From NCBI GenBank assembly GCA_041498975.1, contig JBGQJI010000001.1, forward strand, positions 1-64,000: a stretch of 64,000 nt of DNA, in the 5' to 3' direction. The translations under genes were made by a program, and so were the position numbers. The stretch comes from Candidatus Methylomirabilis sp. (GTDB taxonomy: Bacteria > Methylomirabilota > Methylomirabilia > Methylomirabilales > Methylomirabilaceae). Shown piece after piece: positions 1-9,625 of the stretch; positions within the stretch are counted from its first letter, which is position 1; every line of letters begins with the position of its first letter. The notes below the pieces were generated by a model. That model was not told the origin of the DNA, made no database searches, and saw only the letters and a program-made list of their open reading frames with translations.

Positions 1-171
1 AGAGACCCGTAGTTGTAATCTACACTGGCGACGTTTGTTCTTGACAGGGGGGGTGTCCTTATGGGCTCGCTTCCACACTGTAACGTGGGCAACCATCTGG
101 AGGGCCGCTGGCGGGCGCGGGGAGGCCGCGGGGCCGGACGATCCTCCCATTGACGGAAAGGAGGCACGAGG

Positions 172-321
172 ATGAGAACACGGCTCGGTCGATTCATAGC
201 GTGGCGGGGGCTTCTGGCTGCCGGGGTTGCGGTCCTCGCGCTCAGCGCGGTCGTTACCTTCACCGGCTGCGCACATAAAAAGTGTACATGTCCTCCCAGT
301 GGGTTTTGTTTTTGTCCCTAG
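172..321 (+). CDS. 49-aa Cys-rich small lipoprotein (not in ORF track)
   Basis: AAGGAGG 7 nt before ATG172. Translation MRTRLGRFIAWRGLLAAGVAVLALSAVVTFTGCAHKKCTCPPSGFCFCP*: basic N-region, hydrophobic core, lipobox-like FTG-C. Confidence 0.7.
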   Translation: MRTRLGRFIAWRGLLAAGVAVLALSAVVTFTGCAHKKCTCPPSGFCFCP

Positions 322-583
322 TAGGGGCTCTAGCCCGCTGGACGGTGGCCGTCACCTGGAGGTAAATGGCACGGATGATGGTGTGATTTGCCCGGCGCGC
401 ATTTGACCACCCGCTTCCAGTGTAGATTACCCCCGAAATCTACTCTCGGCGAAGTGAAGGTTAGTGGCTGTACTCTACACTACAGGGAGGGCCAGGAGGC
501 TCGGGACAGCTTGACAGCCTGGGGAGCGCGTGATAGAGGTCTAAAGGCAATGAGGGCCCGGTAGAGTAGAGAGGGAGGAAAAA

Positions 584-2482
584 GTGGTCGCGGTCGAAGA
601 GGAGCACCGGGGCGGCCTGGAGTGTGAACGGCGGCGACAGGGGACATCTCCTATAACTCAGCCAGCGAGTGATCCGCCAAGAGCGAGGCGGCTCCTGGGG
701 CCCTTGCGCCTCGCGTGCGGCGTGCTGATGGCCGGCCTGGTCCTGACCGGCGCGGGGCAGGTCAGCGTGGCGGAGGCGGCCACCATCACCGAGTTCGCAA
801 TCACGGCAAGCAGCGCCGCGACTGGCATCACGGCCGGCCCGGACGGCGCCCTCTGGTTCACCGAGGTCGGTGGCAACAAGATCGGGCGGATCACCACGGC
901 CGGGAGCGTCACTGAGTTCGCCGTCCCCACGGCTTTCAGTGGCCCGGTTGACATTACCGCCGGCCCCGACGGCGCCCTCTGGTTCACCGAGTTTACTGCC
1001 GAGAAGATCGGGCGGATCACCACACTCGGGGCCATCACTGAGTTCCCCCTCCACCCCACGGCGGCCAGCTCCCCGAATGGCATCGCTGCCGGCCCAGACG
1101 GAGCGCTCTGGTTCACCGAGTTCAATGGCAACAGGATCGGGCGGATCACCACGGCGGGAGCCATCACCGAGTTCCTGATCCCCACGGCGAGCAGCTTCCC
1201 GCAAGGCATCGCCGCCGGCTCCGACGGTGCCCTCTGGTTCACCGAGGTCGGTGGCAACAGGATCGGGCGGATCACCACGGCCGGAGCCATCACCGAGTTC
1301 CCGATCCCCACGGCTCTCAGTGGCCCGCTTGGCATCACCGCCGGCCCAGACGGAGCCCTCTGGTTCACGGAGAGGGCCGGCAACAAGATCGGGCGCATCA
1401 CCACGGCCGGGAGCGTCACGGAGTTCGGCGTCCCCACGGCGGGCAGCGCCTCGACTGGCATCACCGCCGGCCCGGACGGAGCGCTCTGGTTCACCGAGTT
1501 CAATGGCAACAGGATCGGGCGGATCACCACGGGCGGGAGCGTCACCGAGTTTCCCCTCCCAACGGCCGGCCGCGCCCCGCATAGCATCACCCCCGGCCCC
1601 GATGGCGCCCTCTGGTTCACCGAGGCGAATGGGACCAAGATCGGGCGGATCACCACGGGCGGGAGCGTCACCGAGTTCCCCCTCCCCGCGCAGAGCTGCT
1701 GCACAGTTGGCATCACCGCCGGCCCGGACGGGGCCCTCTGGTTCACCCTGCTTGGTGGCGGCATTGGACGGATCACCACCGCTAGCGATAGCGCTGCGGC
1801 CAGCGCCTTCGTCACCCGCCTCTACGAGCAGGTGCTTTCCCGCGAGCCCGACGCCGCCGGCCTGCAAGCGTTTGTGGCGCAGATCCAGCAGTTCGGCTCC
1901 GTCGTCCCAACCGTCCTCGCTTTCTTTCACTCGCCCGAATTCCTAGGCCGCAACACTACCAACGAGCAGTTCCTCACCATCTGCTACCACACCTTCCTCG
2001 ACCGAGAGCCTGACCCGGTCGGCTTCGACGCCTTCGTGAGCGACCTCAACTCCGGCCTGCGGAGCCGGGACAACCTCCTCGACATCTTCCTTGACTCGCA
2101 GGAGTTCGCCGCCTTGGCGAGCTTCCTGCCGCCCCAGGACCCGGTGACCGCCTTTGTCACCAACCTCTATGTCCGCATCCTCGGCCGGGGCCCCGACTTG
2201 GCGGGCCTGCAAGGGTTCGTGACCCAGCTCCAGCAGACCCGGACGGTCCTGCCCACCGTCTTGAACTTTCTCCACTCGCCCGAGTTCCTGAACCGCAACA
2301 CAAACAACACCGAGTATGTAACGGTGCTGTACAGGGTCTTCCTCGATCGGGTCCCCGATGCGGGCGGCCTCGCGGGGTGGGTGGCCCTCCTCACGCAAGG
2401 CACCGCGACGCGGGACCAGCTCGCGGCGCAGTTCGCCGCCTCCCCCGAGTTCCAGGCGATCCAGCACCAGTTATTTCCGTAG
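584..2482 (+). CDS. Secreted Vgb (virginiamycin B lyase)-like beta-propeller repeat protein with C-terminal DUF4214-like domains
   Basis: Eight ~42-aa repeats [14 protein letters not shown]..GNxIGRITT; C-terminal FVTxLYxxxLxRxPDxAGL...SPEF units; hydrophobic signal segment; GGGAGG before GTG584. Confidence 0.9.
   Translation: MVAVEEEHRGGLECERRRQGTSPITQPASDPPRARRLLGPLRLACGVLMAGLVLTGAGQVSVAEAATITEFAITASSAATGITAGPDGALWFTEVGGNKIGRITTAGSVTEFAVPTAFSGPVDITAGPDGALWFTEFTAEKIGRITTLGAITEFPLHPTAASSPNGIAAGPDGALWFTEFNGNRIGRITTAGAITEFLIPTASSFPQGIAAGSDGALWFTEVGGNRIGRITTAGAITEFPIPTALSGPLGITAGPDGALWFTERAGNKIGRITTAGSVTEFGVPTAGSASTGITAGPDGALWFTEFNGNRIGRITTGGSVTEFPLPTAGRAPHSITPGPDGALWFTEANGTKIGRITTGGSVTEFPLPAQSCCTVGITAGPDGALWFTLLGGGIGRITTASDSAAASAFVTRLYEQVLSREPDAAGLQAFVAQIQQFGSVVPTVLAFFHSPEFLGRNTTNEQFLTICYHTFLDREPDPVGFDAFVSDLNSGLRSRDNLLDIFLDSQEFAALASFLPPQDPVTAFVTNLYVRILGRGPDLAGLQGFVTQLQQTRTVLPTVLNFLHSPEFLNRNTNNTEYVTVLYRVFLDRVPDAGGLAGWVALLTQGTATRDQLAAQFAASPEFQAIQHQLFP
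782..1780 (+). repeat. Intragenic ~126-bp tandem repeats (8 copies) encoding propeller blades
   Basis: Recurring ggcatcaccgccggcccggacggcgccctctggttcaccgag...gatcgggcggatcaccacg. Confidence 0.9.
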
Positions 2483-2535
2483 GGCTCGAGAGTCCGGCGA
2501 GTCTTCAATGCAGATTAACCCGTAATGTGCTCTCA

Positions 2536-2564
2536 TTGACGGTGCAGATTAGTGGTTTTAACCT
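2536..2564 (+). promoter_or_regulatory. sigma70-type promoter
   Basis: TTGACG-N17-TAACCT. Confidence 0.5.
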
Positions 2565-2720
2565 ATACTGCCATCCGCCCTCGATAAGGGTCCCAGAAAG
2601 GCTTAACGGTAGGGGGGAACGCGTAATACAAAATGGCCGTGACAGGTGAGCCTGATAGCTCGAAGGTGACTATAGGATTTTTGCCATCTCTCGCAATCGT
2701 CGTCGGCGCCCTATCTAGCT

Positions 2721-2767
2721 CAACGCCCTCCCGGGTGGAACTCGGCCTGGGAGGGCGTTGCTGTTTC
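2721..2767 (+). terminator. Strong hairpin, probable intrinsic terminator
   Basis: caacgccctccc (2721-32) pairs with gggagggcgttg (2749-60), followed by ctgtttc. Confidence 0.55.
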
Positions 2768-3104
2768 GGTTGGCCTGTCACGTTCCCTATTATTTAGAGT
2801 GAGCCCAATTTCCTGGGAGGATCAAAGGTGACAGTGGCCAGTTGTGGGTCTGACATGACGCTGTCTTTCCCTTTCTGACCCCTGGTACTCGTTTACCTGA
2901 CCGATACGCAGCGCCTAACCATGCATCTGACGCGCTGGGATAGCTTCTCTCACCATGATGTGGAACCGGGTGAAATCCCCGGCAGAGAGAAGCGCTATAT
3001 GCCGCCTGAGTTTCCCCCACTACTGCAGATTCGTCACCCAGCCCCACCCTCGATTTGTAACCCAGCTTCGCGGTAACTCCTTGATTTGTCAAGCATCCCT
3101 CTCT

Positions 3105-3119
3105 TGGCACATGGGTTGC
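3105..3119 (+). promoter_or_regulatory. sigma54 (-24/-12) promoter
   Basis: TGGCAC-atggg-TTGC, a perfect consensus about 65 nt upstream of ATG3185. Confidence 0.7.
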
Positions 3120-3184
3120 TCTGGAATCAAAGCATCGACCGCCTTGTAACGGTAAGGGTTCTAGTACATAAAGGGAGGGGTACC

Positions 3185-3825
3185 ATGGAGCACGTCAGAA
3201 AATACCCAGGGGCATCTGGGGGCGGCTTTCGACCGAGGCTGCTCTCCATTCTGTCTATTCGTTTCCTCATAGCCCTCATCCTTCCCCATCCCTTGCAAGC
3301 TTCCCCAGGAGACTGCGAAATGCTTCGGATGCTTGGTCCGAGCTCTGGCAGCGCGGGCACCGCCTTCGCCCTGGCCCTCCAGTCCGACGGCAAGATCGTC
3401 GTGGCAGGCACCTCTTCCGTGTACGGGAGCGGCACGGGCGCTAATTTCGCCCTCGCGCGCTACAAGCCAGACGGCAGCCTGGACGCGACCTTTGGCACGG
3501 GGGGCAAGGTGATTAGCCATAGTGACAGTTACGACACACTCGCGGCAGTTGCCCTCCAGCCCGACGGTAAGATCGTGGTGGCGGGATGGTCCGCTGCCGG
3601 TTACTACAACAGCGGCAACTGCGCCCTGGCGCGCTACAACGCCGATGGCAGCCTCGATGCTGGCTTTGGCAGTGGAGGCAAGGTCACCCCACCGCCTTCG
3701 GCGGTCGGGAGGACGGGGCCGGCGCCCTCGCCCTCGATGGCCTCGGCGGGATTGTGGCGGCGGGGGCTACCTGTAGTACGTCGGCTACTTCTTGTGACTT
3801 CGCCCTGGCCCGCTACGTACCGTGA
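3185..3825 (+). pseudogene. Delta-60-repeat secreted protein, frameshifted near 3688
   Basis: ALQxDGKIVVAG...FALARYxxDGSLDxxFGxGGKV repeats. The third repeat (TAFGGREDGAGALALDGLGGIVAAG...DFALARYVP*) continues in another frame after gtcacccc. Confidence 0.7.
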
Positions 3826-4349
3826 ATCGGGCCACTCCCCGCCCTCACCAAGACCGACTCTCGCAAAGCGGAAATGGCGGCAAGCAGACTGCGGGGCACA
3901 GTGACCGTCCGACTCCACAAGGTCAGACGGAGCGCCTTCTGGTACGGTGAGGGGCAATCCGCCCACCGCTGAGTTTTGCCATGGATTGGCTCCGGCGCCG
4001 GTGAGCAGATTACACACCCGTAATCTACACCTGCTAGAAACGATGGAGGAGCCCCCCTAACTGGCACTGGCGAACGAGACCTTGGATCGCCCCCCCCTCG
4101 TAGAGTGAGCCAAGGGAAAAGGCAATGACCCCTTACGCTGCCCATCTGCCCTCAAAGGGGACCGGAGGCTCGGGTGGGAGCGCAAGAATACCTGTGTCCC
4201 CGAGAACCCGGCACCAATCTTCCCAATAATTCGACAACTGGCCCCCCGTACACCCCCGGAGGCGTCCTGCCCGGTGGCGCCGGTTGTGGAGTCAACTCGA
4301 GGGGAAGTTAAACGTTCCAACGCCTGTTGCTTGTTGCCCGGCTGCCTGT

Positions 4350-4874
4350 TTACTCGCGACGCTCCTCTCGCTTCGGGTTGGCCGCCACGTAGGCGCCGAG
4401 AAATGTATCTACCTCCTCCTGCACGTTTTCTCGGACCGTGGCGGACAGCTTGTCGGCTCCGATGGTCCCGACAATCCCACCTGACTGCCACGTCGCCGCC
4501 CATGTGGTAACGCCGGAATCTCTTGTAAGCCTCACGAGTTGCCGCAGCTCTATGACAATGTGGTAGCCGTAGATGCTCACCCGATTCCTTACCGTGCCGA
4601 TGCGCAGATAGAGATAAGGGGAGCCTGGCATAGCCGATCTTTCAATTGGAGTCAGCACGCGGATGCCGGCCTGCCGCAACTTCAATTCCACGTCTGACCG
4701 GAGGCTGGACCGCGTCAGCCCATCCTGCTCCACGCCCGCGTTTAGCTCCTCAACCACAACCTCGACCCCGGTAAGCCCGGCAAGCGTTGCCCGCTGGGTT
4801 ACGGGCTCTTGCGCCAGCACCGCACAGACGGGAACCACCGATACAGCCAGAACAACGATCCATGGCCTCTTCAT
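4350..4874 (-). CDS. Hypothetical secreted protein
   Basis: Signal peptide MKRPWIVVLAVSVVPVCAVLA; purine-rich RBS; protein-like composition. Confidence 0.75.
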   Translation of the reverse strand: MKRPWIVVLAVSVVPVCAVLAQEPVTQRATLAGLTGVEVVVEELNAGVEQDGLTRSSLRSDVELKLRQAGIRVLTPIERSAMPGSPYLYLRIGTVRNRVSIYGYHIVIELRQLVRLTRDSGVTTWAATWQSGGIVGTIGADKLSATVRENVQEEVDTFLGAYVAANPKREERRE

Positions 4875-4909
4875 TTCTCTGCTCCCCTCTCGGGTTTCTT
4901 GAGAACCCC

Positions 4910-5098
4910 TCACCGACCTGCATACCGTTCTCCTGGAGTCCCGGAAGTCAGGGCCATGCAGGCGTAGGAATGACCGAGCTGAAGTCCCGACACGGCATCA
5001 TGTACACGTCCCTGCCAGTGCGAGGCTGCTCCGTGGCCTTTCGAATCTCCTTCATCATACTCCACGTGCTCCACACCGGTCCACGCGTCATGCTCCAT
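4910..5098 (-). CDS. Hypothetical small protein
   Basis: GGGAGAGGG before ATG5098; no recognisable motif. Confidence 0.25.
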   Translation of the reverse strand: MEHDAWTGVEHVEYDEGDSKGHGAASHWQGRVHDAVSGLQLGHSYACMALTSGTPGERYAGR

Positions 5099-5405
5099 AT
5101 TCCCTCTCCCCCTCACTCTCTGGTGTCAGCTCCGGTGCCGGTAACTTGTCAAAAAGGGTCGCAGGTGGTATAAGTCATCATAGGCGCAACCCGAGGCAAG
5201 GCCCCCGTCACTCCTCAACAATCGGCTTCTGGAGCGGATCTGTGGGTTCTTCGGTGGACGGGCTTACAGTCCCTGTGGCTTTGGCCCACGTTCTGTAAGG
5301 CAGGCATTCAAGGCCTCGCGCACGCTCAGGTCGAGAACGCCGGCGGCCTCGTGGTCAGAGGCAGCAAGCATGCCGCATAAGGGAGGGGAAACGAGAGCGT
5401 TGCCC

Positions 5406-6068
5406 ATGACGTTCACTGCGGAACTCTGGAAGGCGATCGAGGCCATTTACGCCGCGATCCTGCGCCACCCCTTCCTCAGAGGACTCACGGACGGCTCGCT
5501 GCCTCGCGAAAGCTTTCAATTCTATGCGGTCCAGGACGCCCTGTACCTGCGCGAGTTCGCGCGGGCCCTTTCGATTGCGGCTGCGCGGGCCCCGCAGGAT
5601 GACTGGATCTTCATGTTCAACGAACACGCGGCGGGCGCCCTGAGGGTCGAGCGTGCGCTGCACGAAGGCTTCTTCCGCGAGTGGGGCCTCACACAGCAGG
5701 AAGTCGCCAACACGCCGCTGGCGCCCACCAACCTCGCGTATACCAGCTATCTGCTGGCGGTCGCCTACGCCGCCCCCTTCCACGAGGTCCTCGGGGCCCT
5801 GCTTCCCTGCTACTGGATCTATTGGGAGGTCGGCAAGGAGCTGGAACGAAGCGGCTCGCCCGACCCGCTCTATTCTCGTTGGATCGGAACCTACGCCTCG
5901 GCAGAGTTCGGCTCCCTCGTCCGCGCGGTCCTCGACGCCACCGACGCGACGGCGGCGCGACTCCAGGCGAGCGAGCGCGACGCGATGTGCCGCCACTTCG
6001 CGATGACAAGCCGGTACGAGTGGATGTTTTGGGAGATGGGGTACCGCCTGGAGACATGGCCGCTCTAA
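5406..6068 (+). CDS. tenA: Thiaminase II (TenA)
   Basis: HPFLRGLTDGSL, YAVQDALYL, ALLPCYWIY (catalytic Cys), EWMFWEM. Confidence 0.92.
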   Translation: MTFTAELWKAIEAIYAAILRHPFLRGLTDGSLPRESFQFYAVQDALYLREFARALSIAAARAPQDDWIFMFNEHAAGALRVERALHEGFFREWGLTQQEVANTPLAPTNLAYTSYLLAVAYAAPFHEVLGALLPCYWIYWEVGKELERSGSPDPLYSRWIGTYASAEFGSLVRAVLDATDATAARLQASERDAMCRHFAMTSRYEWMFWEMGYRLETWPL

Positions 6069-6140
6069 CAACCCAAGAGGATGAAATTGCTTAGTAGCGC
6101 AGTTCACAAACAAGCTGACGACTGAGTCGGCCGATCTCGC

Positions 6141-6191
6141 CTCCCCTCATCCCAGACTTCTCCCGCAAGGGGAGAAGGGGAGGTTGAGGGA
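6141..6191. repeat. REP-like palindrome (CCCTC/TCTCCC...GGGAGA type)
   Basis: cttctcccgcaaggggagaag hairpin; related to 33157-33199. Confidence 0.45.
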
Positions 6192-6236
6192 GATGACAAC
6201 GCACGGAACAGGAATTCTACGGAGGACCATCACATT

Positions 6237-7139
6237 ATGCCAACAACCACACGTGTTCATGGCCTTCTGGAGAAGCACGGGACCCTTGTCTTCCCCGGGG
6301 TGTACGACGCGTTGGGGGCAAAGCTGGCGGAGAGGGCCGGGTTCCCCTTGACGTTCATTTCAGGGTATAGCGTCGCGGCCAGCTACCTCGGGCTGCCGGA
6401 TTTCGGCTACCTCACGCAGACCGAGATGGTGGCCGTGACGAAACGGGTGTGCGCCTCTGTCACCATCCCGATCATCATCGATGCGGATACCGGGTACGGG
6501 AATCCGCTCAATGTGATCCGCACGGTCAACGAGCTCATCGATGCCGGGGCCGCGGGGATGTTCCTGGAGGACCAGGTCTGGCCCAAGCGGTGCGGGCATA
6601 TGAAGGGCAAGCGGGTGATCCCCGCCGAGGAGCACGTCCAGAAGATGCGGGCCGCAGTTGACGCCCGCCGCGACCGGGACTTCTTCATCGTCGCGCGAAC
6701 CGATGCTCGGCAGGTCGCGGGCCTGGACGACGCGATCCGCCGATGCCACCTGTACAAAGAGGCAGGCGCCGACGCGCTCTTCCTGGAGGCGCCTCGGAGC
6801 ACGGAGGAACTCGCCACGATCGCTCGGGAGTTGCCCCCGCCGCTCGTCGCCAACATGCTGGAGGGGGGAGCGACGCCACTGCTGACGAAAGAGGAGCTGG
6901 GAGCGATCGGGATCCAGCTCGTGCTCTGGCCCCTGACTGCGCTGTACGCCTCAGCCAAGGCCATGGACGAGATGTTCCGACTGCTCAAGACCGCCGGGAC
7001 CACCCGCGGGGCGCTCGATCGCCTCATCTCCTTTCAGCAGTTCCACGATGTCATCGGCCTGGAGGCCCACTACGCCCTGGACGCACGGTACGGCGGGCCC
7101 ACGGAAGGCGCCGGTTCATCAAGAACCGCAGATCGGTAA
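6237..7139 (+). CDS. Isocitrate lyase/PEP mutase family enzyme (methylisocitrate lyase-like)
   Basis: DADTGYG, LEDQVWPKRCGH, ARTDA motifs. Confidence 0.9.
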   Translation: MPTTTRVHGLLEKHGTLVFPGVYDALGAKLAERAGFPLTFISGYSVAASYLGLPDFGYLTQTEMVAVTKRVCASVTIPIIIDADTGYGNPLNVIRTVNELIDAGAAGMFLEDQVWPKRCGHMKGKRVIPAEEHVQKMRAAVDARRDRDFFIVARTDARQVAGLDDAIRRCHLYKEAGADALFLEAPRSTEELATIARELPPPLVANMLEGGATPLLTKEELGAIGIQLVLWPLTALYASAKAMDEMFRLLKTAGTTRGALDRLISFQQFHDVIGLEAHYALDARYGGPTEGAGSSRTADR

Positions 7140-7240
7140 CTTCGGAAAAGTAAATGAGCGCAGCCCGATTGAACACTTGCCGTAACTTTCATCGTGCTTT
7201 TCCGCTTCCGAGAACGTATATTTGGACTGGGAGGTTTTTC

Positions 7241-8275
7241 ATGCACCGTTGCCGCAGGCAGGATGGTTGGAAGGTGCACGCGCTCGTGCTCCTGCTTGGC
7301 CTGAGTCTCTCGATGGATCGGCGGCCTGCAGAGGCGCGTACCTTTGGCGGGCGCGGCGGGGGAGGGCTCGCCGGCGCCCCCCACGGGAGTGCTGTCCACA
7401 CGGGGTTCGGCAGCGGCCTGCACGGTGGCTTCGGTCACCAGGTCCACCCGGGGGTCGCTCGGCACGGGGGTCACCATCCGTTCCCGGCCCCATTCTTCGG
7501 CCCGCATCGGTTCCATGACCGCTCATTCATTCTCTTCAACTTCGGCGGGCTCGCGTACCCCTTCTACCCTTCCTACCCAATCTATCCATACTACCCGCCG
7601 TATCCCACCTATCCGGTGCCGTACGATCCCGGCTACTCCGGGGCCTACTACCCGTCCCCCTATCCTCTTCCCGTCGGAGCACCGACCCAGACCGCCCCGG
7701 GTGACGTCCTGGTCTATACCGCGCCACCCGAGCCGCCTCCGATTTCACCACGCCAGCCAATGGCACCGGTGCCAGAGAATCTTCCACCACCGCAACCGCT
7801 CGACGACGGTTCGCTGCACTTCGAGGTCAGCCCTCCAGAAGCCAAGATCTTTCTAGATGACCGATACATCGGGGAGGCGCGCGAGCTTGCGAACATCGCG
7901 GAGATCACCGCGGCCGCCGGCCGGCATCTGCTGGAGATCCGTGTCGAGGCCGAACGGACCTTTACGGAGGTGGCGGTCGCTCCCCGCAAGGTCACGCCGG
8001 TCCGGTGGGCGCCCGCCTCCCGTGCAGCCGATCCCGCTTCCGCGAAGCCGGGGACCGGACGGTTGCGCCTGGAGGTCGCCCCGCCAGGGACCGCCATTTA
8101 TCTGGATGGCTCCTTTGCAACGATCGCCGGGAGTTCCCAACCCGTGTCGTTTTCCCTTCCCTCCGGCCGGCACCGCGTCCAGATGGTCATGCCGGGCCAC
8201 AAGGGGTACGCAGCCGACGTCACCGTGCCGCAGGGGGGCGAGGCCGTCGTGGCAGTACAGTTGGCACGCGAGTGA
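7241..8275 (+). CDS. Secreted PEGA-domain protein with Gly/His-rich and Tyr/Pro-rich N-terminal region
   Basis: GGAGGT before ATG7241; two PEGA-like units ([28 protein letters not shown]...GRHRV). Confidence 0.75.
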   Translation: MHRCRRQDGWKVHALVLLLGLSLSMDRRPAEARTFGGRGGGGLAGAPHGSAVHTGFGSGLHGGFGHQVHPGVARHGGHHPFPAPFFGPHRFHDRSFILFNFGGLAYPFYPSYPIYPYYPPYPTYPVPYDPGYSGAYYPSPYPLPVGAPTQTAPGDVLVYTAPPEPPPISPRQPMAPVPENLPPPQPLDDGSLHFEVSPPEAKIFLDDRYIGEARELANIAEITAAAGRHLLEIRVEAERTFTEVAVAPRKVTPVRWAPASRAADPASAKPGTGRLRLEVAPPGTAIYLDGSFATIAGSSQPVSFSLPSGRHRVQMVMPGHKGYAADVTVPQGGEAVVAVQLARE

Positions 8276-8307
8276 CAGAACACGGATCTGATCGGCAGGA
8301 AGAGCAG

Positions 8308-9294
8308 TTGAAGCAACGCGGGCTCGGCACCAGCGGCCTCGTCGTCTCGGCCCTCGGGTTGGGATGCATGGGGATGTCTGAATTCTACGGACCCCGGGAT
8401 GAGTACGAGTCCATCGCCACCCTCCGCCGCGCCCTGGACCTCGGGGTGACCTTCCTGGATACCGCCGACGTCTATGGCCTCGGCCTTAATGAGGAGCTGG
8501 TGGGAAAGGCGATCCGGTTGCGTCGTCAGGAAGTCGTGCTGGCCACCAAGTTCGGCATTGTCCGCGACATGAACGGGAACTTCGTCGGCATCAGCGGTCG
8601 GCCGGAGTATGTCCAGCAGGCCTGCGACGCCAGCCTGAAACGCCTGGGGGTCGAGGCCATCGACCTCTACTACCAACACCGCGTCGATCCCGACACGCCG
8701 ATCGAGGAAACCGTCGGCGCGATGGCGGAGCTCGTCCGAGCAGGGAAGGTGCGCTATCTTGGCCTGTCCGAAGCGGCGCCGGCCACGCTTCGCCTAGCCG
8801 CGGCAACGCACCCGATCGCCGCGCTGCAGACCGAATACTCCCTGTGGAGCCGGGACCCCGAAGATGAGGTCATCCCGACCTGCCGGCAGTTGGGCATCGG
8901 CTTCGTCGCCTATAGCCCACTCGGACGGGGCTTTTTGACGGGGCAGATCAAGCGAATCGATGATCTCGCTACAGACGACTGGCGCCGCACGTCACCGAGA
9001 TTCCAGGGCGAAAACTTCCAACACAACCTGGAACTGGTCGAGCGTGTCCGCGAGATGGCCGAACAGAAGCGGTGCACCCCGGCCCAGCTCGTACTGGCCT
9101 GGCTCCTCGCGCAAGGCGAGGACATCGTCCCGATCCCCGGGACGAAGCGACGCGAATACCTCAAGGAAAACATCGGCGCGCTCGAGATCGCCCTGACCGA
9201 GGCCGATCTCGCCCGACTCGCTGACATCGCGCCGCCCGCAGCGGCGACAGGTGCGCGGTATCCGGAACTCGGAATGCAGGCAGTGAATCGGTAA
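8308..9294 (+). CDS. Aldo/keto reductase
   Basis: [44 protein letters not shown] start at 8308. Confidence 0.93.
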   Translation: MKQRGLGTSGLVVSALGLGCMGMSEFYGPRDEYESIATLRRALDLGVTFLDTADVYGLGLNEELVGKAIRLRRQEVVLATKFGIVRDMNGNFVGISGRPEYVQQACDASLKRLGVEAIDLYYQHRVDPDTPIEETVGAMAELVRAGKVRYLGLSEAAPATLRLAAATHPIAALQTEYSLWSRDPEDEVIPTCRQLGIGFVAYSPLGRGFLTGQIKRIDDLATDDWRRTSPRFQGENFQHNLELVERVREMAEQKRCTPAQLVLAWLLAQGEDIVPIPGTKRREYLKENIGALEIALTEADLARLADIAPPAAATGARYPELGMQAVNR

Positions 9295-9485
9295 TCCGAA
9301 GGCGCCGCAGCATGGCCGGGCCACCGAGGGTGTCGCAGACCGGGGGCGCCTGGTGCTTGCGTTCGCGATGCTGGGGGCTTCGTGCCAATGCGGCGCGGGA
9401 GCCCAAGGGTGATCGCGTTGGTGCCGGGGTGAGAATCCTCCCTCCGCGCTCCCCTGGACGTCGGTTGGCGCATCGATCGACAACA

Positions 9486-9530
9486 CGCCTTCCTGGGCAC
9501 TGTTCAGCCCGGGAAGGCGCTTTTCTTCTT
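9486..9530 (+). terminator. Intrinsic terminator
   Basis: cgccttcctgggc pairs with gcccgggaaggcg, followed by cttttcttctt. Confidence 0.7.
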
Positions 9531-9625
9531 GGGGAAGGGCGAAGGACGTTGTTCTTTTGGCGGCCACCGCCCGCGCAGAAAATCTATTCAGCGAAGTGTC
9601 CCTTGAGAACCGGGATCCTGACGTG

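Noticed and set aside
782..1780. Regular repeats as a CRISPR array
   Set aside because: They are in-frame 126-bp coding repeats with no unique spacers and no cas genes.
461..1930. Long antisense repeat ORFs (489 and 385 aa)
   Set aside because: Shadows of the Vgb-like repeat gene; the plus strand carries the recognisable motifs.
5170..5400. TPP riboswitch upstream of tenA
   Set aside because: The CTGAGA and ACCTGA core elements are not present.
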